From Gammaproteobacteria bacterium (GTDB lineage Bacteria > Pseudomonadota > Gammaproteobacteria > GCA-002705445 > GCA-002716945), in the NCBI GenBank assembly GCA_038101125.1, contig JAYNVZ010000003.1:323-58080 (forward strand): a stretch of DNA of 57,758 bases. Direction: 5' to 3'. Of this stretch, positions 20,299 through 30,220 are shown in pieces. Position 1 is the first letter of the stretch, and every line of letters starts with the position of its first letter. The notes beneath the pieces are model-generated. The model was given only the letters and a program-made list of their open reading frames with translations, was not told the origin of the DNA and made no database searches. A program made the position numbers and the translations under genes.

Positions 20299-21601
20299 AA
20301 ATTCAGTATTTAAAAAAAGAAGACTGCTTCTCGCAAAATATATGGAACCAAACTCAACTGCCATAATTAGTTCTTCTCCTATTCAAATAAGGAACAATGA
20401 TTCGGCTTATAGATATAGGCAATGTAGTAATTTCTATTATTTAACGGGTTTTGAAAAGCCCGACTCTGTATTATTAATATACAAGAACAGATCTAACTCT
20501 GTGGCCCATTTTTTTTCTAAACAACCAAATAAACATGATAGCGTTTGGTCTGGGGAACTACTGACTAGCAGAAAAATCCAAAATATTTATGGGTTTGATA
20601 AGTGTGGATATATTGAAAATTTAGAACTTGAGTTATACGGCTATCTCAAAAAATCTAAATCAATTTATCATTCACTATCAAAGCAATCAGATTTACTGAC
20701 TCTAGTCGATGGTTGCTTACAGAAAATTGAAAATAATTATCGAAAAGGCGCAGAACTCCCATCCAATCATTATTCTATTAATAAAATTATTCATAAATTA
20801 AGATTAATAAAGAGCAATGAAGAAATAGCTATAATTAAAAAAGCTTGCAAGATTTCTGCTGATGCCCATATAAATTTAATGAGAAAATGTAAACCTAACG
20901 TTTCGGAGAAACAAATAGAATCACAGCTTTTATATGATTTTGGATCCAATAATGCTACTGAAGCATACACTTCCATAGTTGCTGGGGGTAAAAATGCATG
21001 TATTTTACATTACATTGATAACTCTTCTAAATTAAAAAATGGAGATTTACTGTTGACTGATGCAGCTTGTGAATTCGAATATTATGCATCTGATATAACA
21101 AGGACAATTCCCATTAATGGCAGATTCACCCAAGATCAGAAGCTGATATATTCTTTGGTATTAAGAGCACAAAAAAATGCGATCTCAAAATGCTTGGTTG
21201 GGAATACACTTCAAGACATTCACAAAGCCGCAGTTAGAACATTAACCAAAGGGCTAATTGACCTTGGTTTACTTCGAGGTGATTATAAGTCTATAGTTAA
21301 AAATGAACTTTACAAAAAATTCTACATGCATAATACCGGTCATTGGATGGGCCTAGATGTCCATGACCCTCTTGAATATGTATCTGATGGTAAACCTGTA
21401 AAGCTTAAACCAGGTATGATTTTTACAGTGGAGCCTGGTTTGTATATAAAAGCAAACAAAGATGTAGATAAAAGATTCCACAACATTGGCATAAGGATTG
21501 AAGATGACATACTAATTACAAAAAATGGGCCTGATGTTCTAACTTCAATGGCCCCAAAAGAGATATGTGATATAGAGAATATCATGAATAATACGAAATG
21601 A
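20291..21601 (+). CDS. pepP: Xaa-Pro aminopeptidase
   Basis: HNTGHWMGLDVHD, VEPGLY, IRIEDD metal-ligand motifs. ATG 20291 overlaps the ygfB stop by 8 nt; the track ORF extension from 20234 lies inside ygfB. Confidence 0.9.
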   Translation: MSKNSVFKKRRLLLAKYMEPNSTAIISSSPIQIRNNDSAYRYRQCSNFYYLTGFEKPDSVLLIYKNRSNSVAHFFSKQPNKHDSVWSGELLTSRKIQNIYGFDKCGYIENLELELYGYLKKSKSIYHSLSKQSDLLTLVDGCLQKIENNYRKGAELPSNHYSINKIIHKLRLIKSNEEIAIIKKACKISADAHINLMRKCKPNVSEKQIESQLLYDFGSNNATEAYTSIVAGGKNACILHYIDNSSKLKNGDLLLTDAACEFEYYASDITRTIPINGRFTQDQKLIYSLVLRAQKNAISKCLVGNTLQDIHKAAVRTLTKGLIDLGLLRGDYKSIVKNELYKKFYMHNTGHWMGLDVHDPLEYVSDGKPVKLKPGMIFTVEPGLYIKANKDVDKRFHNIGIRIEDDILITKNGPDVLTSMAPKEICDIENIMNNTK

Positions 21602-22773
21602 ATAAAAAGTATGATTTTTTAATTAGTGGTGCAGGGCTTGTCGGGGCCTTAACAGCATTACAATTGGCAAAACATGGTTATAGCTGCTGTTTGATCGAAA
21701 AAAATAACTTATCAAAAAGCAGTACCTTTAAAAACTATGCCCCACTGTCACTTAATTATAGATCTTTCTTAATTCTTAAAAAATTTGGTTTATGGGATCA
21801 AGTAGAAAAATATGCCTACCCAATTAAAAAACTTAAGTTAAAGAGTTTTAGTAGTTTAAATAGATTATCCTTTGAGTCTACTGATATTGGTTTAAATAAT
21901 CTAGGTTATGTGGTTGATCGAAGATCCCTATTATCAACATTTTTAAATGCTTTAACACAATCGCCTAAAGTAGATATTATTGAAAATAATTATATAAAAG
22001 ATATTGAGATAGAAAGTTCCAAAAATAATTGTATTAGCTCAAAAATAGAATCTGGAAAAACTATAGAAACCAATTATTTGATAGTTTCTGATGGCGCAGA
22101 TTCAAGAATAAAAAATATTTTGAATATAGATTCTGAGATTATTGATTATTCTCAATCGTCATATATATACAATGTAAAAGCAGATTTTGAAGAAAATACT
22201 GCTATACAAATATTTAATAGATACGGTATATTTGCGGCCATACCATATGAGAAGGACTATTTAAGTATAGTTCTTAGCCTTGATGATAAATACGAAGAAA
22301 AGTATTTTAATGACAGTAAGCCTAACGAGGATTTGATCTGTACTATTTTTAAAAAATACATAAAAAATATTAGTAACTTTGAGTTTGTCAGTAAATATTC
22401 TTTGATCACTTCAAGAGCGAATAATATAATTAAAGATAATATTTTGTTACTCGGGAATTCTTCTCAGTTACTCCATCCAGTAGGAGCGCAAGGTTTCAAC
22501 TTAGCGCTCAGGAATTTGGAAACCTTATTAAACTGTATTCAGGCGGATTCAGATTTATCTAATGTATCTAGTTTAATTAATTTTGACAGAAAGTCAGCTT
22601 TTTCAAATGTTGATTATGCAACTAATATATTTGCCAATAATATGTTGTTGTCAAAGATAATTACATTTACTACGTATAATTTAGTAAAATCATCTCCTGT
22701 CTTAAAAACTAAATTTTTAGAGAAGATACTTGGCCTTGAAGGTTATCCATATTTGTCTATAGGCACTAAATAA
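21598..22773 (+). CDS. ubiH: FAD-dependent ubiquinone-biosynthesis hydroxylase (UbiH-type)
   Basis: GAGLVG dinucleotide fold, LLGNSSQLLHPVGAQGFNLALRN family signature; ATGA overlap with pepP. Confidence 0.8.
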   Translation: MNKKYDFLISGAGLVGALTALQLAKHGYSCCLIEKNNLSKSSTFKNYAPLSLNYRSFLILKKFGLWDQVEKYAYPIKKLKLKSFSSLNRLSFESTDIGLNNLGYVVDRRSLLSTFLNALTQSPKVDIIENNYIKDIEIESSKNNCISSKIESGKTIETNYLIVSDGADSRIKNILNIDSEIIDYSQSSYIYNVKADFEENTAIQIFNRYGIFAAIPYEKDYLSIVLSLDDKYEEKYFNDSKPNEDLICTIFKKYIKNISNFEFVSKYSLITSRANNIIKDNILLLGNSSQLLHPVGAQGFNLALRNLETLLNCIQADSDLSNVSSLINFDRKSAFSNVDYATNIFANNMLLSKIITFTTYNLVKSSPVLKTKFLEKILGLEGYPYLSIGTK

Positions 22774-23918
22774 TGAAAAATATTGTTATTTATGGGGATG
22801 GGATTATTGGAAAACTAACCGCTGTAGTATTGTCTGATTTCTTTAATGTTTATTTAGTAATAAATAAAAAATCTAAAAGTTTAGATAAAAAACAGGCTAG
22901 GTATTTTTCAATTAACCTTCTGTCTAAGTTCATGTTTTTGAAATATAGGCTATGGGATGATATTCAAAAAAATAGTATTATAGGATATGATGAAATCCTT
23001 ACTTGGCATGAGGCGCTAAGCGAAGATATTTTATTTCGATCAAGAGATGTAGCTTTTGATAAGTTAGGTTATATTGTAAAAGATTTAGATATTATTGAAT
23101 CACTCGATAATCACTTAAGTGCAAAAAAAAATATATTCAAGTTGGACTCAGAAGATTCCGATAAAATTGACAATATCAATACTATTTTTAACATCAAATC
23201 AGATCATGTGACGAGAGATTTCCTTAATCATCATCCTTGCCAATATAATAACATCGTATATGACCAAAAAGCTCTAGTTCTAAATTTGATTTTGAAAAAG
23301 AATATTAATGAAAACACTGCTCTACAAAGATTTGATAAAAATCAAATTCAGGGTATGTTGCCAATCTCGAATAATCAATATAATCTAATTTGGTCAGCAA
23401 ATAGTTCTTTCGTAGACGAGCTTCAAGGGTACAGTAATACTCAGATCATTAATTTACTTAACAAGAACTTTAAGGGTAGAGTTGGTGAAATTGCTGATAT
23501 TTCTCCACCTGTAACTTTCCCTTTAACTGGCTTTAATTCTACAAAATATATTTTAGATAACTTCGTTTTGATTGGTGGCGCAGCTCACTCAATACACCCA
23601 ATGGCAGGACTTGGCTTGAATATGGGCATACAAGATATTTATTTTCTACAAAAATATATTAAAGCGGAAGATTCTATAGATGACGCTTTAAGCTCATATG
23701 AAAGATCTTGCATTATAAATAATAGTAGATTTTTTAGAACAATTAATTTCCTTATGCAGTTTTTTACTAGTGGAAGGACACCAAATATAGTCAGATCTAA
23801 ATCTTTACTAATTTTCAACAAGAATAAATTTCTTAAAGATAAGGTTATTAAAATTGCAACAGGTCTTGATGTATTAAAATCAGAATCAAAAGATCAATAT
23901 TGTAAACCCAGTTATTAG
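22773..23918 (+). CDS. ubiI: FAD-dependent ubiquinone-biosynthesis hydroxylase (UbiI/VisC-type paralogue)
   Basis: GDGIIG, IGGAAHSIHPMAGLGLNMGIQD; the position after ubiH matches the E. coli ubiH-visC order. Confidence 0.7.
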   Translation: MKNIVIYGDGIIGKLTAVVLSDFFNVYLVINKKSKSLDKKQARYFSINLLSKFMFLKYRLWDDIQKNSIIGYDEILTWHEALSEDILFRSRDVAFDKLGYIVKDLDIIESLDNHLSAKKNIFKLDSEDSDKIDNINTIFNIKSDHVTRDFLNHHPCQYNNIVYDQKALVLNLILKKNINENTALQRFDKNQIQGMLPISNNQYNLIWSANSSFVDELQGYSNTQIINLLNKNFKGRVGEIADISPPVTFPLTGFNSTKYILDNFVLIGGAAHSIHPMAGLGLNMGIQDIYFLQKYIKAEDSIDDALSSYERSCIINNSRFFRTINFLMQFFTSGRTPNIVRSKSLLIFNKNKFLKDKVIKIATGLDVLKSESKDQYCKPSY

Positions 23919-24680
23919 CAGCATTAGTGAAAAGAAATTCATTAGCATCGATGTATTTGTTATGAAGGTAACCCCAGCGCCAATATAAGAAAAAATCAAT
24001 GTGCTTATGGATATAATTATAAATGCATCAAAATTTATAAAATTGAATATTGTAACACTAAAAATATTTGTAACTTTACTTATCATAAATGTAATAACTA
24101 TTCCTAATAACGCAATCGGAACACCACATGCAGCTGCAGTTGCTATACTTTTCTTCATGCTTTCTCCATGATATTTGAAGTATGGAGTTGTTAAAGTGCC
24201 ACCTCCTACACCCAGCATAGTACTAATTGAGCTGGTAAAAACTGAAAATATATTAATTAATTTATATTCTTTTTTTGAAACTATTTTATTTTTTTTATCT
24301 TCTTTTTCAAAAATTAAGTATATAGATATCAGGATCAGCAATAAACCATAATATAGTTTTATGGTGTCGTTAGACAATACAGTAATCAGTATTACTCCTA
24401 ATAAAGATCCTATTGTTATGCCTGGTAGCATTTTATAAAAAATACCCCAGTTTACTAATTTATTTTTGTTATGTTTTATAGCAGCTGACATGCTTGAAAT
24501 AACAACACATGCAAGAGAGGTACTGACAGCACTTTGCATCATATGTGCTGAGTTAATATCGTAATTATTAAATATGAAAAACAGCATAGGCACAAAAATA
24601 ATACCACCACCTAGACCTAAAAGCCCTCCTAGAAACCCACCTAAGGATCCACATATAACATAAAGAAGATAAATACTCAT
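23886..24680 (-). CDS. TauE/SafE family sulfite/anion exporter
   Basis: 264 aa, multi-TM, duplicated GxGGG motifs (LGLGGGIIFVP and MLGVGGGTL); 3' end overlaps the ubiI 3' end by 33 nt. Confidence 0.8.
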   Translation of the reverse strand: MSIYLLYVICGSLGGFLGGLLGLGGGIIFVPMLFFIFNNYDINSAHMMQSAVSTSLACVVISSMSAAIKHNKNKLVNWGIFYKMLPGITIGSLLGVILITVLSNDTIKLYYGLLLILISIYLIFEKEDKKNKIVSKKEYKLINIFSVFTSSISTMLGVGGGTLTTPYFKYHGESMKKSIATAAACGVPIALLGIVITFMISKVTNIFSVTIFNFINFDAFIIISISTLIFSYIGAGVTFITNTSMLMNFFSLMLLITGFTILIF

Positions 24681-24722
24681 TTTTAAGATCGCCTAAAATT
24701 TATATATTATAGTTTAAAATAT

Positions 24723-24734
24723 CCACAATTGTGG
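24723..24734. promoter_or_regulatory. perfect 12-bp palindrome CCACAATTGTGG, candidate operator
   Basis: Seen directly, 59 nt upstream of the aminotransferase ATG (24793) and 43 nt upstream of the tauE-like ATG (24680). No cognate regulator in the window. Confidence 0.25.
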
Positions 24735-24792
24735 CATACTATATGAAATTAAATTTTTAGATAATTCATTTTAATATAATAAGGAAAAACAC

Positions 24793-25971
24793 ATGTCAGG
24801 AAATCATCATTTATACGTGCCAGGGCCATCTAATGTGCCGGCTGCTGTGCAACAAGCAATTCACTGTCCAATGGAAGATCATAGGAATCCTACAATTCCA
24901 GATTTAATAGGTCCATTAATGGAGGATATGAAAAAAATAGTTTTAACAGAAAAAGGAAAAGTTGTTTTCTTTCCTTCATCTGGCACAGGTTGTTGGGAAG
25001 CTGCGCTTCAAAGTACACTTAATATTGGCGATACTGTGCTAGGAGCCAGTTTTGGCCAATTTAGTATGTTATGGCTAGATATGTGCGAAAGACTTCAATT
25101 TAAAGCGATTACAATGGAAGAAGAGTGGGGAACTGGAGCGAACCCTGAAAGCTATCATAGAGAGTTATCAAATGATAAAGATCATAAAATAAAAGCTGTT
25201 TTAGTATGTCAAAATGAGACCGCAACAGGTGTAAGAAGTGATGTTCTTGCCATAAGAAAAGTTTTAGATGATTTAAATCATCCTGCATTATTAATGGTTG
25301 ATGGTGTTAGCTCAGTTGCAAGTTATGAATTCAGGATGGATGACTGGGGTGTTGATTGTGTAGTTAGTGGATCACAGAAAGGTTTGATGCTACCTGCTGG
25401 AATTGGTATTTTAGGCTTGAGCCAAAAAGCAATTGCTGCCATGGAATCTTCAACTTACCCAACATGTTATTTCGATGTAAAGGATATGCTGGCTAAACTA
25501 GAAACAGGATACACGCCGTATACTCCTCCGGTTAACTTACTAAGAGGAATGAGGGTTGCAATTGATATGTTGCTTGATGAAGGTCTTGAAAATGTATGGA
25601 AAAGACATCATCGCCTTGCAGAGGGAACAAGAAGAGCAATTTTAGATGGATGGGGCATGAAATTATGCGCTAAAGAGCCAAAGTGGCACTCAGATACCGT
25701 TAGTGCGATAGTTGTTCCTGAAGGAGCTGATGCAGTGCCTGTTATTAGTACAGCATTTCATACATATAATTTAGCGCTTGGCGCAGGTCTTGCTAAAGTA
25801 GCAGGTAAAGTATTTAGAATAGGCCATCTTGGTGATCTAAATGAATTAATGCTTTGTAGCGCTATAGCTGGTGCTGAGATGTCTATGATGTCCAATGGCA
25901 TTAAAGTTGAACTTGGAAGCGGTATTGCAGCTGCCTCTAAGTATTGGCTAGATAATCCAGCGGGGAAATAA
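24793..25971 (+). CDS. serine-glyoxylate / alanine-glyoxylate aminotransferase (class V)
   Basis: LYVPGPSNVP, DHRNP, PLP-lysine context SGSQKGLMLPAG, FRIGHLG. Confidence 0.85.
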   Translation: MSGNHHLYVPGPSNVPAAVQQAIHCPMEDHRNPTIPDLIGPLMEDMKKIVLTEKGKVVFFPSSGTGCWEAALQSTLNIGDTVLGASFGQFSMLWLDMCERLQFKAITMEEEWGTGANPESYHRELSNDKDHKIKAVLVCQNETATGVRSDVLAIRKVLDDLNHPALLMVDGVSSVASYEFRMDDWGVDCVVSGSQKGLMLPAGIGILGLSQKAIAAMESSTYPTCYFDVKDMLAKLETGYTPYTPPVNLLRGMRVAIDMLLDEGLENVWKRHHRLAEGTRRAILDGWGMKLCAKEPKWHSDTVSAIVVPEGADAVPVISTAFHTYNLALGAGLAKVAGKVFRIGHLGDLNELMLCSAIAGAEMSMMSNGIKVELGSGIAAASKYWLDNPAGK

Positions 25972-25973
25972 TT

Positions 25974-26945
25974 ATGACTAAACCAGTAGCAATAGTCACA
26001 AGAAAGTGGCCAGAGGAAAATGAGAAAAGACTTAAGGAATTATTTGATGTTCAGTTAAATGAATCAGATAACCCATTTACAGCTGAAGAACTCAAATCAG
26101 CTCTCCAAAACTGTGATGTATTAATGCCAACAGTGACAGATAAAATCACTGCTGATATATTATCTGTTGAAAATCGTAGAGCGAACATGATTGGGAATTT
26201 TGGAGTAGGTTTTAATCATATAGATATCAACGCCGCAAAGGAACAAGGTATTACCGTATCAAATACTCCAAGCGTATTAACAGATTGCACCGCAGACATC
26301 GCCATGTCGTTGTTATTGATGGTAGCGAGAAGAGTTGGCCAAGGAGAAAGAGAGCTAAGATCAGATAATTGGACTGGTTGGAGACCGACTCATCTACTAG
26401 GTACTAAAGTTACCGGTAAGAAATTAGGTGTGATTGGTTTTGGAAGAATAGGACAAGCTGTTGCTAAGCGTGCTCATTTTGGTTTTGACATGGACATTCA
26501 ATATTGGGATCCATATGATATTCCAGCTGATGTGACTAAGAAGTTTAATGCAACTAAACTTGATACAATAGAGGACGTCTGCAAAGAATGTGACTTTGTC
26601 TCAATTAACTGTCCTGCTACAAAAGAAACATTTCATCTTATGAATGATGAAAGATTTAAATTAATGAAAAAATCAGCTTTTATTATCAATACTGCTAGAG
26701 GTGACATCATAGATGAAAAAGCCTTAGTGAACGCATTAGTAAATAAAGAAATAGCTGGTGCTGCACTTGATGTCTTTGAAACAGAACCTAACTTACCAAA
26801 TGAACTTAAGACTATGGAAAATGTTGTTTCTTTCCCACATTTGGGTAGTGCAACATTAGAAACTAGAATTGCGATGGGTAATACAGCAATAGATAACACT
26901 CTAGCTTTTTTTGCAGGGACTGAGTTGCCAAACAAAGTAGTCTGA
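25974..26945 (+). CDS. D-isomer-specific 2-hydroxyacid dehydrogenase (hydroxypyruvate/glyoxylate reductase)
   Basis: GVIGFGRIGQAVAKRA NAD fold, NTARGDIID, PHLGSAT catalytic His motif; 2 nt after the preceding stop. Confidence 0.85.
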   Translation: MTKPVAIVTRKWPEENEKRLKELFDVQLNESDNPFTAEELKSALQNCDVLMPTVTDKITADILSVENRRANMIGNFGVGFNHIDINAAKEQGITVSNTPSVLTDCTADIAMSLLLMVARRVGQGERELRSDNWTGWRPTHLLGTKVTGKKLGVIGFGRIGQAVAKRAHFGFDMDIQYWDPYDIPADVTKKFNATKLDTIEDVCKECDFVSINCPATKETFHLMNDERFKLMKKSAFIINTARGDIIDEKALVNALVNKEIAGAALDVFETEPNLPNELKTMENVVSFPHLGSATLETRIAMGNTAIDNTLAFFAGTELPNKVV

Positions 26946-26955
26946 GCTGAAATTA

Positions 26956-28257
26956 ATGTCGCTTAGAGAAGATGCTAAAAAAATATATTCATCGAGTATT
27001 GCTAAACTAGATCCATCTAGAACGGTGTATGACTATTTGTCATCTAATAGTATAGTCAAACCTCATTTTGATAAAATTTATCCTGTTGCATTTGGGAAAG
27101 CATCCATATCTATGATGTCGGGATTATTGGACTACTTGAAAGATCAATTTCCAGAAACTCAGATACACGAAAAACCAATTGTTATTTCTAATGATTCTCA
27201 AGAAACCATAGAACATAGTGTTGATCTGCATTTTTCTTCCCATCCTGTGCCAACTGAGAAAAGTGTTGCGGCTGGAGATAAAGTAATAAATTATATTTCT
27301 TCTTCTAGTGATAAAGACTTAATTATTTTTCTTATTAGTGGTGGAGCTTCAGCATTGTTATCTAAACCACCTTCATCCATCAGTCTTGAAGATAAAATTA
27401 CACTTACAGATTTACTTTTGAAATCAGGAGCGTCAATTAATGAAATGAATACTGTCAGAAAACATATGTCTGATATCAAGGGAGGCAGGTTAACTAAGTT
27501 TGCTGAACCATCATCATGTTATTCTTTAATTATTTCTGATGTTATTAACGATGATATAAGTTCAATTGCGAGTGGTCCTACAACACGTGATAAAACAACA
27601 TATAAAGATGCTGAGAATATTCTTAATAATTATAACTTACTAGGGAAAACTCCTGTATCTATTCTTGATCATATTCATAAAGGTGTTAGTGGTGAAATTG
27701 AAGAATCACCCAAGGATATTATTAATTGTGAAAATAAAATTATTTCAAGCAATAGATTATATAGAGATCAACTAGCAACATTTGCAAAAAAGCATGGTTA
27801 TAATCCAGTATTAATCCAAAGAGACATAATTGGAGAAGCAAAAGAGGAAGCATTTTTTTTAATAGACCAAATTAACGAGCATGTTAACAACACTTGTGAT
27901 AAACCTTTAGCAATAATATCCGGTGGAGAAACAGTCGTAAGTATGCAAGGTTCTGGCAAAGGAGGCAGAAATCAAGAATTAGCCTTATCTTTTCTAGCTA
28001 ATAATAAAAAAATTAATACTCAAAGAGAATGGCTGTTACTGTCAGTTGGCACAGATGGTATTGATGGCCCAACAAATGCCGCTGGTGGCATTATTGATAA
28101 TGTATCTGTTAAGTGTATGATGGAGTCAAATAGTGATATTAATAACTTTCTAAGTAACAATGATTCATATAACTACCTAAAAGAAATAAACTCATTATAC
28201 ATAACCGGCCCATCGGGTACTAATGTTGCTGATATACAATTGATTTTAGTAAGATAA
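26956..28257 (+). CDS. glycerate 2-kinase (DUF4147/MOFRL, TtuD-type)
   Basis: ISGGASALL, ISGGETVV, GKGGRNQELAL, GTDGIDGPT motifs. Confidence 0.85.
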   Translation: MSLREDAKKIYSSSIAKLDPSRTVYDYLSSNSIVKPHFDKIYPVAFGKASISMMSGLLDYLKDQFPETQIHEKPIVISNDSQETIEHSVDLHFSSHPVPTEKSVAAGDKVINYISSSSDKDLIIFLISGGASALLSKPPSSISLEDKITLTDLLLKSGASINEMNTVRKHMSDIKGGRLTKFAEPSSCYSLIISDVINDDISSIASGPTTRDKTTYKDAENILNNYNLLGKTPVSILDHIHKGVSGEIEESPKDIINCENKIISSNRLYRDQLATFAKKHGYNPVLIQRDIIGEAKEEAFFLIDQINEHVNNTCDKPLAIISGGETVVSMQGSGKGGRNQELALSFLANNKKINTQREWLLLSVGTDGIDGPTNAAGGIIDNVSVKCMMESNSDINNFLSNNDSYNYLKEINSLYITGPSGTNVADIQLILVR

Positions 28258-28259
28258 TA

Positions 28260-29531
28260 CTATTTCTGCTTCGCCCAGTTTTCAAACATTTTTATTGTAT
28301 AGTCTAAATCCCTTTTTAAATGACTAGAAGAAATAAACCCAGCTTCATACATTGATGGTGCAAAAAATACACCATGATCTAACATATAGTTAAAAAAGTC
28401 TAAAAAAATATGTTTAGGTGATTTGTCAATATCCTTTAGATTCTCGAGTTTTGATTTAGTCAAATATATGCCAAACATTCCACCCTCTGAATCTGCAGAC
28501 ATATCTAGCTTATACTTGCTGCATATATCATTGAATCTTGAAACAAAATATTGTGTTTTTTTAGATAGGTCACGAAAGTAATTTTTTTTTGATATTATTT
28601 CAAGAGTTTTTAAACCTGCTGCCATAGCTAATGGATTACCAGATAAAGTTCCAGCTTGATACACACTACCAAGCGGTGCTATGTAATTCATAATTTCTCT
28701 TTTACCGCCAAATGCACCAACTGGTAACCCACCCCCAAGCACTTTACCTAAAGTAGTTAAATCAGGCATTACATTATATATATGTTGAGCACCAGCTTTT
28801 GAGACCCTAAACCCTGTCATTACCTCATCAAAGATGAGTACGATATTATTTTTAGTACAAACCTTTCTCAAATATTCTAAAAAACTTTTCCTAGCTCTGA
28901 TAAAATTCATATTTCCTGCTATAGGCTCAATAATAATTGAAGCTATATTTCCACCTTTGATTGCGTTGTTTACCGCATCTATATTATTGTATTCTATGGA
29001 TATAGTATTTCTTGCATTAGCCTTGGTAACCCCCAATGAATCCGGAGTTCCAAATGTTGATGCACCAGAACCGGCTTTAATCAAGAAGGAGTCTCCATGT
29101 CCATGATAACAACCATTAAACTTTATGATTTTATCTTTGCCTGTGTATCCCCTTGCAAGTCTTATAGCACTCATAGTGGCCTCTGTACCAGAATTTACCA
29201 TCCTAATTTTTTCTATTGATTTATAAATCTGACAAACTTTTTTAGCTATCAAAACCTCATTTTGGCAAGGTGCTCCATAAGTAATACCATCTTTCATCGT
29301 TTTATTTAAAACTTTCAAAATCCTATCATCTGAGTGTCCAAGGATTTGTGCTCCCCATGAACCAATAAAATCAATATATTTATTACCATCTTCATCAAAT
29401 AGATACTGGCCTTTTGCTCTTTTTACGAAAAATGGAGAAGAATTTACAGATGAAAATGCTCTTACTGGAGAGTTTACGCCGCCAGGGATATATTTATTTG
29501 CTTGTAAAAATAACTTTTTTGAGTTTTTCAT
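28260..29531 (-). CDS. hemL: glutamate-1-semialdehyde 2,1-aminomutase
   Basis: PGGVNSPVRAF, FDEVMTGFR, TLGKVLGGGLP (PLP Lys). Confidence 0.95.
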   Translation of the reverse strand: MKNSKKLFLQANKYIPGGVNSPVRAFSSVNSSPFFVKRAKGQYLFDEDGNKYIDFIGSWGAQILGHSDDRILKVLNKTMKDGITYGAPCQNEVLIAKKVCQIYKSIEKIRMVNSGTEATMSAIRLARGYTGKDKIIKFNGCYHGHGDSFLIKAGSGASTFGTPDSLGVTKANARNTISIEYNNIDAVNNAIKGGNIASIIIEPIAGNMNFIRARKSFLEYLRKVCTKNNIVLIFDEVMTGFRVSKAGAQHIYNVMPDLTTLGKVLGGGLPVGAFGGKREIMNYIAPLGSVYQAGTLSGNPLAMAAGLKTLEIISKKNYFRDLSKKTQYFVSRFNDICSKYKLDMSADSEGGMFGIYLTKSKLENLKDIDKSPKHIFLDFFNYMLDHGVFFAPSMYEAGFISSSHLKRDLDYTIKMFENWAKQK

Positions 29532-30160
29532 TATAAAATTATACTCTTAATATTTTCGATTTCTCTCTTTATTTCCTTATTATCAAAAACCCCAGAAATC
29601 ATGCTTATCATGTCGGGTTTATACTTAAGCAGACTACTCACATTGGATTTATTGATTCCACCAATAACACAAATTGGAATTTTAATTACTTTTTTTGCTT
29701 CTGTCAAAATAGAGTGTTTGATTAACTTAGACGACTCTTTTGAGGTTGTAGGGTACATTGATCCAAAAGATACATAACTTGCATCGTTATCCATAGAATA
29801 CTTTGCTAGTTCAATTGAATCATAACAAGATTTCCCTATTATAAAATTTTTACCAAAATACCTTCTTGCAGACCTAAGATCCATGTCCTTTGAGCCTATG
29901 TGTAATCCGCTTACATCAAACATTTTAGCCATGTAAGGATCATCATTAATTATTAGTTTAACATCATTCATAATGCATAATAATGATATAGATTTTATTA
30001 AATAAGCTTTTCTTCTAAATGATAAATTCTTAGATCTGAATTGAATAATATTAACGCCTGATTCAACAACTAATTTTATATGATATAGATAATCAATATC
30101 AGATTTGTAAATACTTGGAGTAATTGGATACAGACCATTGAGTGCTTTATTATTTTCCAT
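29531..30160 (-). CDS. thiE: thiamine-phosphate synthase
   Basis: LYPIT, IQFRSK, LHIG, VIGGI motifs; stop overlaps the hemL start by 1 nt. Confidence 0.85.
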   Translation of the reverse strand: MENNKALNGLYPITPSIYKSDIDYLYHIKLVVESGVNIIQFRSKNLSFRRKAYLIKSISLLCIMNDVKLIINDDPYMAKMFDVSGLHIGSKDMDLRSARRYFGKNFIIGKSCYDSIELAKYSMDNDASYVSFGSMYPTTSKESSKLIKHSILTEAKKVIKIPICVIGGINKSNVSSLLKYKPDMISMISGVFDNKEIKREIENIKSIIL

Positions 30161-30220
30161 AAATATTTATAACAAATTAATTGGGTTTATCAAAGAATTA
30201 TGAGAAACTACTGAAATATT

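Noticed and set aside
24732-24746. TGGCAT next to the palindrome upstream of the aminotransferase gene, considered as a sigma54 -24 element.
   Set aside because: At the canonical spacing the -12 position reads GA, not GC (TGGCATACTATATGA), so the element fails the invariant GC.
24793-26945. Calling the G+C-richer aminotransferase and dehydrogenase genes a horizontally acquired island.
   Set aside because: There are no flanking repeats, tRNA, integrase or mobility genes, and the gene junctions are as tight as elsewhere. The other visibly G+C-richer genes (ferredoxin, porin, glnK) are also plausibly highly expressed. Constraint or expression bias is at least as likely. It is kept only as a composition observation under findings.
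30161-30220. TPP riboswitch upstream of thiE.
   Set aside because: Only 60 nt separate thiE from the divergent rubredoxin gene. That is too short for a THI-box aptamer plus expression platform, and I saw no CUGAGA-type core.
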